Source of the DNA: a virus
Length of the DNA stretch: 64,000 nt
Virus record (IMG/VR): IMGVR_UViG_3300042521_002634
Coordinates: 1 to 64,000 of that record
Strand: one strand, 5' to 3'
Under the pieces are notes generated by a model that was not told where the DNA came from, ran no database searches, and saw only the letters and a list, made by a program, of their open reading frames with translations. Both the position numbers and the translations under genes were made by a program. Below are positions 62,315-64,000 of the stretch, one piece after another. How positions within the stretch are numbered: the stretch's first letter is position 1; each line of letters starts with the position of its first letter.

Positions 62315-64000
62315 TTAGCGTTGAACTGACTCCAGCGCTCTTGCTGCTGCAGATCCTATCTGCGTCGCTACGTCTGCGGCACTTGTAATCTTCTCGACGA
62401 GCTGCACTGACTTGGTGCTCGAGCTATTGAGAAGTCGACGAGCGTCGTCACTCGCTAACGGAGACACAACCATGACTCCGACACCAAGTCTTTCGCACTC
62501 ATCTAACCAGCGTCGTGCGTTCTTCGTCTCTTCGTGAGTGTAACACAGATCGCTAACGATGACGAGCAATCGCGCGCCTACGCCATTGAGCAAGTTCAAC
62601 GAACCATCAAGCGCTTTGAATGCTTTCTCAAAGCGTTCAGTTCCATCTGGCGCCGAGTACACTGTCACCTCTGACAAGTGCTGCCCGGGCTTCAATGTTG
62701 GGAACACCCCAGTGCCGTAGTAAACCATCGCCGCACGGCCTTGAACTCTCCGCACCGCTTCGCTCATGACCCACGCTGTCACTGCCATCGGCTCCATCGC
62801 CGAGGACATTGAACCGCTGATGTCGACCATTACGCCGACAGTGAGAGTTGGGTCGTCAGTGTGCGTGCGCTTAGTCCGGCGCCATGGCTCTACTTGCGTC
62901 ATGATGCCCTTCGACTTAAACGCTGCTCCCTGCACCATAGCGCGCGTGCGCAACCGGCCAGGAGGAACGATCGACTTAATCTCAGTCTCGTCACGCTCAC
63001 GATACTTAGCTTTCTCAAGCATCTGCGCTACCTTGACTGCTGCTGCTCGTTCATCACCACGTGGAGCGCGCTTTTCAACTAGACGACTGTTTGTCTCAGA
63101 AGAAGATTCTGGCCCAGTGCCTCTACCGAATACTTTGTCCGCAGCGTCCTTGTGTTCTTTCTGCTGCTTCGCTGCACCGCTTCGACTTTTAACTTCACGC
63201 TCCCATTCTTCTTGCGTCTGTTGATCTGCTGCATCGGCTGAACCACCGACAGCTGCGTTGCCAGCTGCTTCCTCGAGTGCTTCCTCGAGTGCTTCCCCGA
63301 ACTCGCCAAGCTCGCCTAGCCCTGATTCACCTTGACCAGGCTCTGGCTCACCAGCTTCAGCTGCTGCCTCTTTAACTAATCTTGCCCACTCACGGGCGAC
63401 AGGGTAGAGACCTTCAATTGAACTGTGTGAAGTGTAGTCCTGAGCTTGCAGCCATAGGTTGCGAAGCTTAGTGAAGAGCTCTACACCAAGCTTATTGATT
63501 AGAACTTCCTCTACAGTCTCGATGTCTGACAGCTCGAGTGAACCCGCATCTACGCGTGCTGACGTGAGTGCCGCCATGTGCGCTGCTGTCCACATGCTGC
63601 TGGTGTCTACACCGGTGACATTGAGGTCAGCCATCACTATCTCGAGCGCGCAAGCGCGGAGAAACCCGGAGTTACCTGGCATCAAGGTGACGCCTAAGTT
63701 CTCGATACGACCTTCTTCAAGAAGCACGAGTGCTTTGAACTCAAGAGACTCGAGGTCCTTCTGCGCTTTAATGAGATCCCAGCGAGAGAACCGAGCGTGG
63801 AGAGCTTCATGGAATATGACACCAGAAGCTTTAGGCCAGTCGAACTGAACGCTGCGTTGCGTCATGTCGCCGATCGACGCCGGCGTTATTGACTTGCCAA
63901 ACGCTCTCGTCACATCTACTTCGATCTCTGCAAGCATTGGGTTGTAGCACGCTGGTGCCACGCCGCCACCGGCGCCTGGGCCGACGTACGCGATAACATC
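62315..64000 (-). CDS. HExxH metallopeptidase-like + VWA domain protein, 5' end beyond the window
   Basis: FHEALH..S, LLEEGRIE; MIDAS DISGS, IVSD; frame open to the window end. Confidence 0.8.
   Translation of the reverse strand, partial: DVIAYVGPGAGGGVAPACYNPMLAEIEVDVTRAFGKSITPASIGDMTQRSVQFDWPKASGVIFHEALHARFSRWDLIKAQKDLESLEFKALVLLEEGRIENLGVTLMPGNSGFLRACALEIVMADLNVTGVDTSSMWTAAHMAALTSARVDAGSLELSDIETVEEVLINKLGVELFTKLRNLWLQAQDYTSHSSIEGLYPVAREWARLVKEAAAEAGEPEPGQGESGLGELGEFGEALEEALEEAAGNAAVGGSADAADQQTQEEWEREVKSRSGAAKQQKEHKDAADKVFGRGTGPESSSETNSRLVEKRAPRGDERAAAVKVAQMLEKAKYRERDETEIKSIVPPGRLRTRAMVQGAAFKSKGIMTQVEPWRRTKRTHTDDPTLTVGVMVDISGSMSSAMEPMAVTAWVMSEAVRRVQGRAAMVYYGTGVFPTLKPGQHLSEVTVYSAPDGTERFEKAFKALDGSLNLLNGVGARLLVIVSDLCYTHEETKNARRWLDECERLGVGVMVVSPLASDDARRLLNSSSTKSVQLVEKITSAADVATQIGSAAARALESVQR

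Noticed and set aside
1-64000. tRNA/rRNA genes and integrase
   Set aside because: No cloverleaf with T-loop consensus and no recombinase motifs were recognised by eye; tRNAscan-SE would be needed to exclude tRNAs formally.
1-64000. Apparent CC/GG dinucleotide depletion as a footprint of cytosine modification
   Set aside because: Only a visual impression; it needs a codon-controlled k-mer odds-ratio calculation that I cannot run.

Overview
This 64-kb window is part of a tailed dsDNA phage genome, most likely a siphovirus infecting Actinobacteria (WhiB gene, leaderless early genes, actinophage-type capsid and protease). Its moderate GC content would fit low-GC freshwater actinobacterial hosts, which is an inference. 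Almost all genes lie on the minus strand. From right to left: (i) about 50-64 kb is an early/accessory region of small genes, most preceded by a repeated promoter element (CTCGAG)..TCCAGAG-N4-TATAAT seen about 21 times, with WhiB, a subtilase, a proteasome-beta/HslV-like protease, LysM, WGR and HExxH-VWA genes; (ii) 47.3-50 kb holds a lytic transglycosylase, terminase and a PG-binding protein; (iii) 26-46 kb is a head module with portal, a 2586-aa multidomain protein (ART + atypical kinase + second ART-like domain), a 1328-aa protease polyprotein and two capsid proteins; (iv) 14-26 kb is the tail module, including a probable non-canonical -1 frameshift; (v) 11.4-14 kb is an AT-richer island (GNAT, Cys-rich protein, tandem 2OG-Fe(II) oxygenase) behind a TPPV-repeat tail fibre; (vi) 0-10.8 kb is a replication and DNA-modification module with a dNMP kinase fused to a divergent UDG-fold domain, a dCMP-type thymidylate-synthase homologue, dCMP deaminase, PolA, RuvC, SNF2 helicase, Cas4-like nuclease, Sak4, SSB and two T4-BGT-like glycosyltransferases. 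The best candidates for something undescribed are the cytosine-hypermodification pathway with its kinase-UDG fusion, the repeat-delimited single-gene cassette array with an unusual promoter architecture, and the protease-processed, virion-delivered effector system. All assignments come from motif recognition by eye; no database searches were run.
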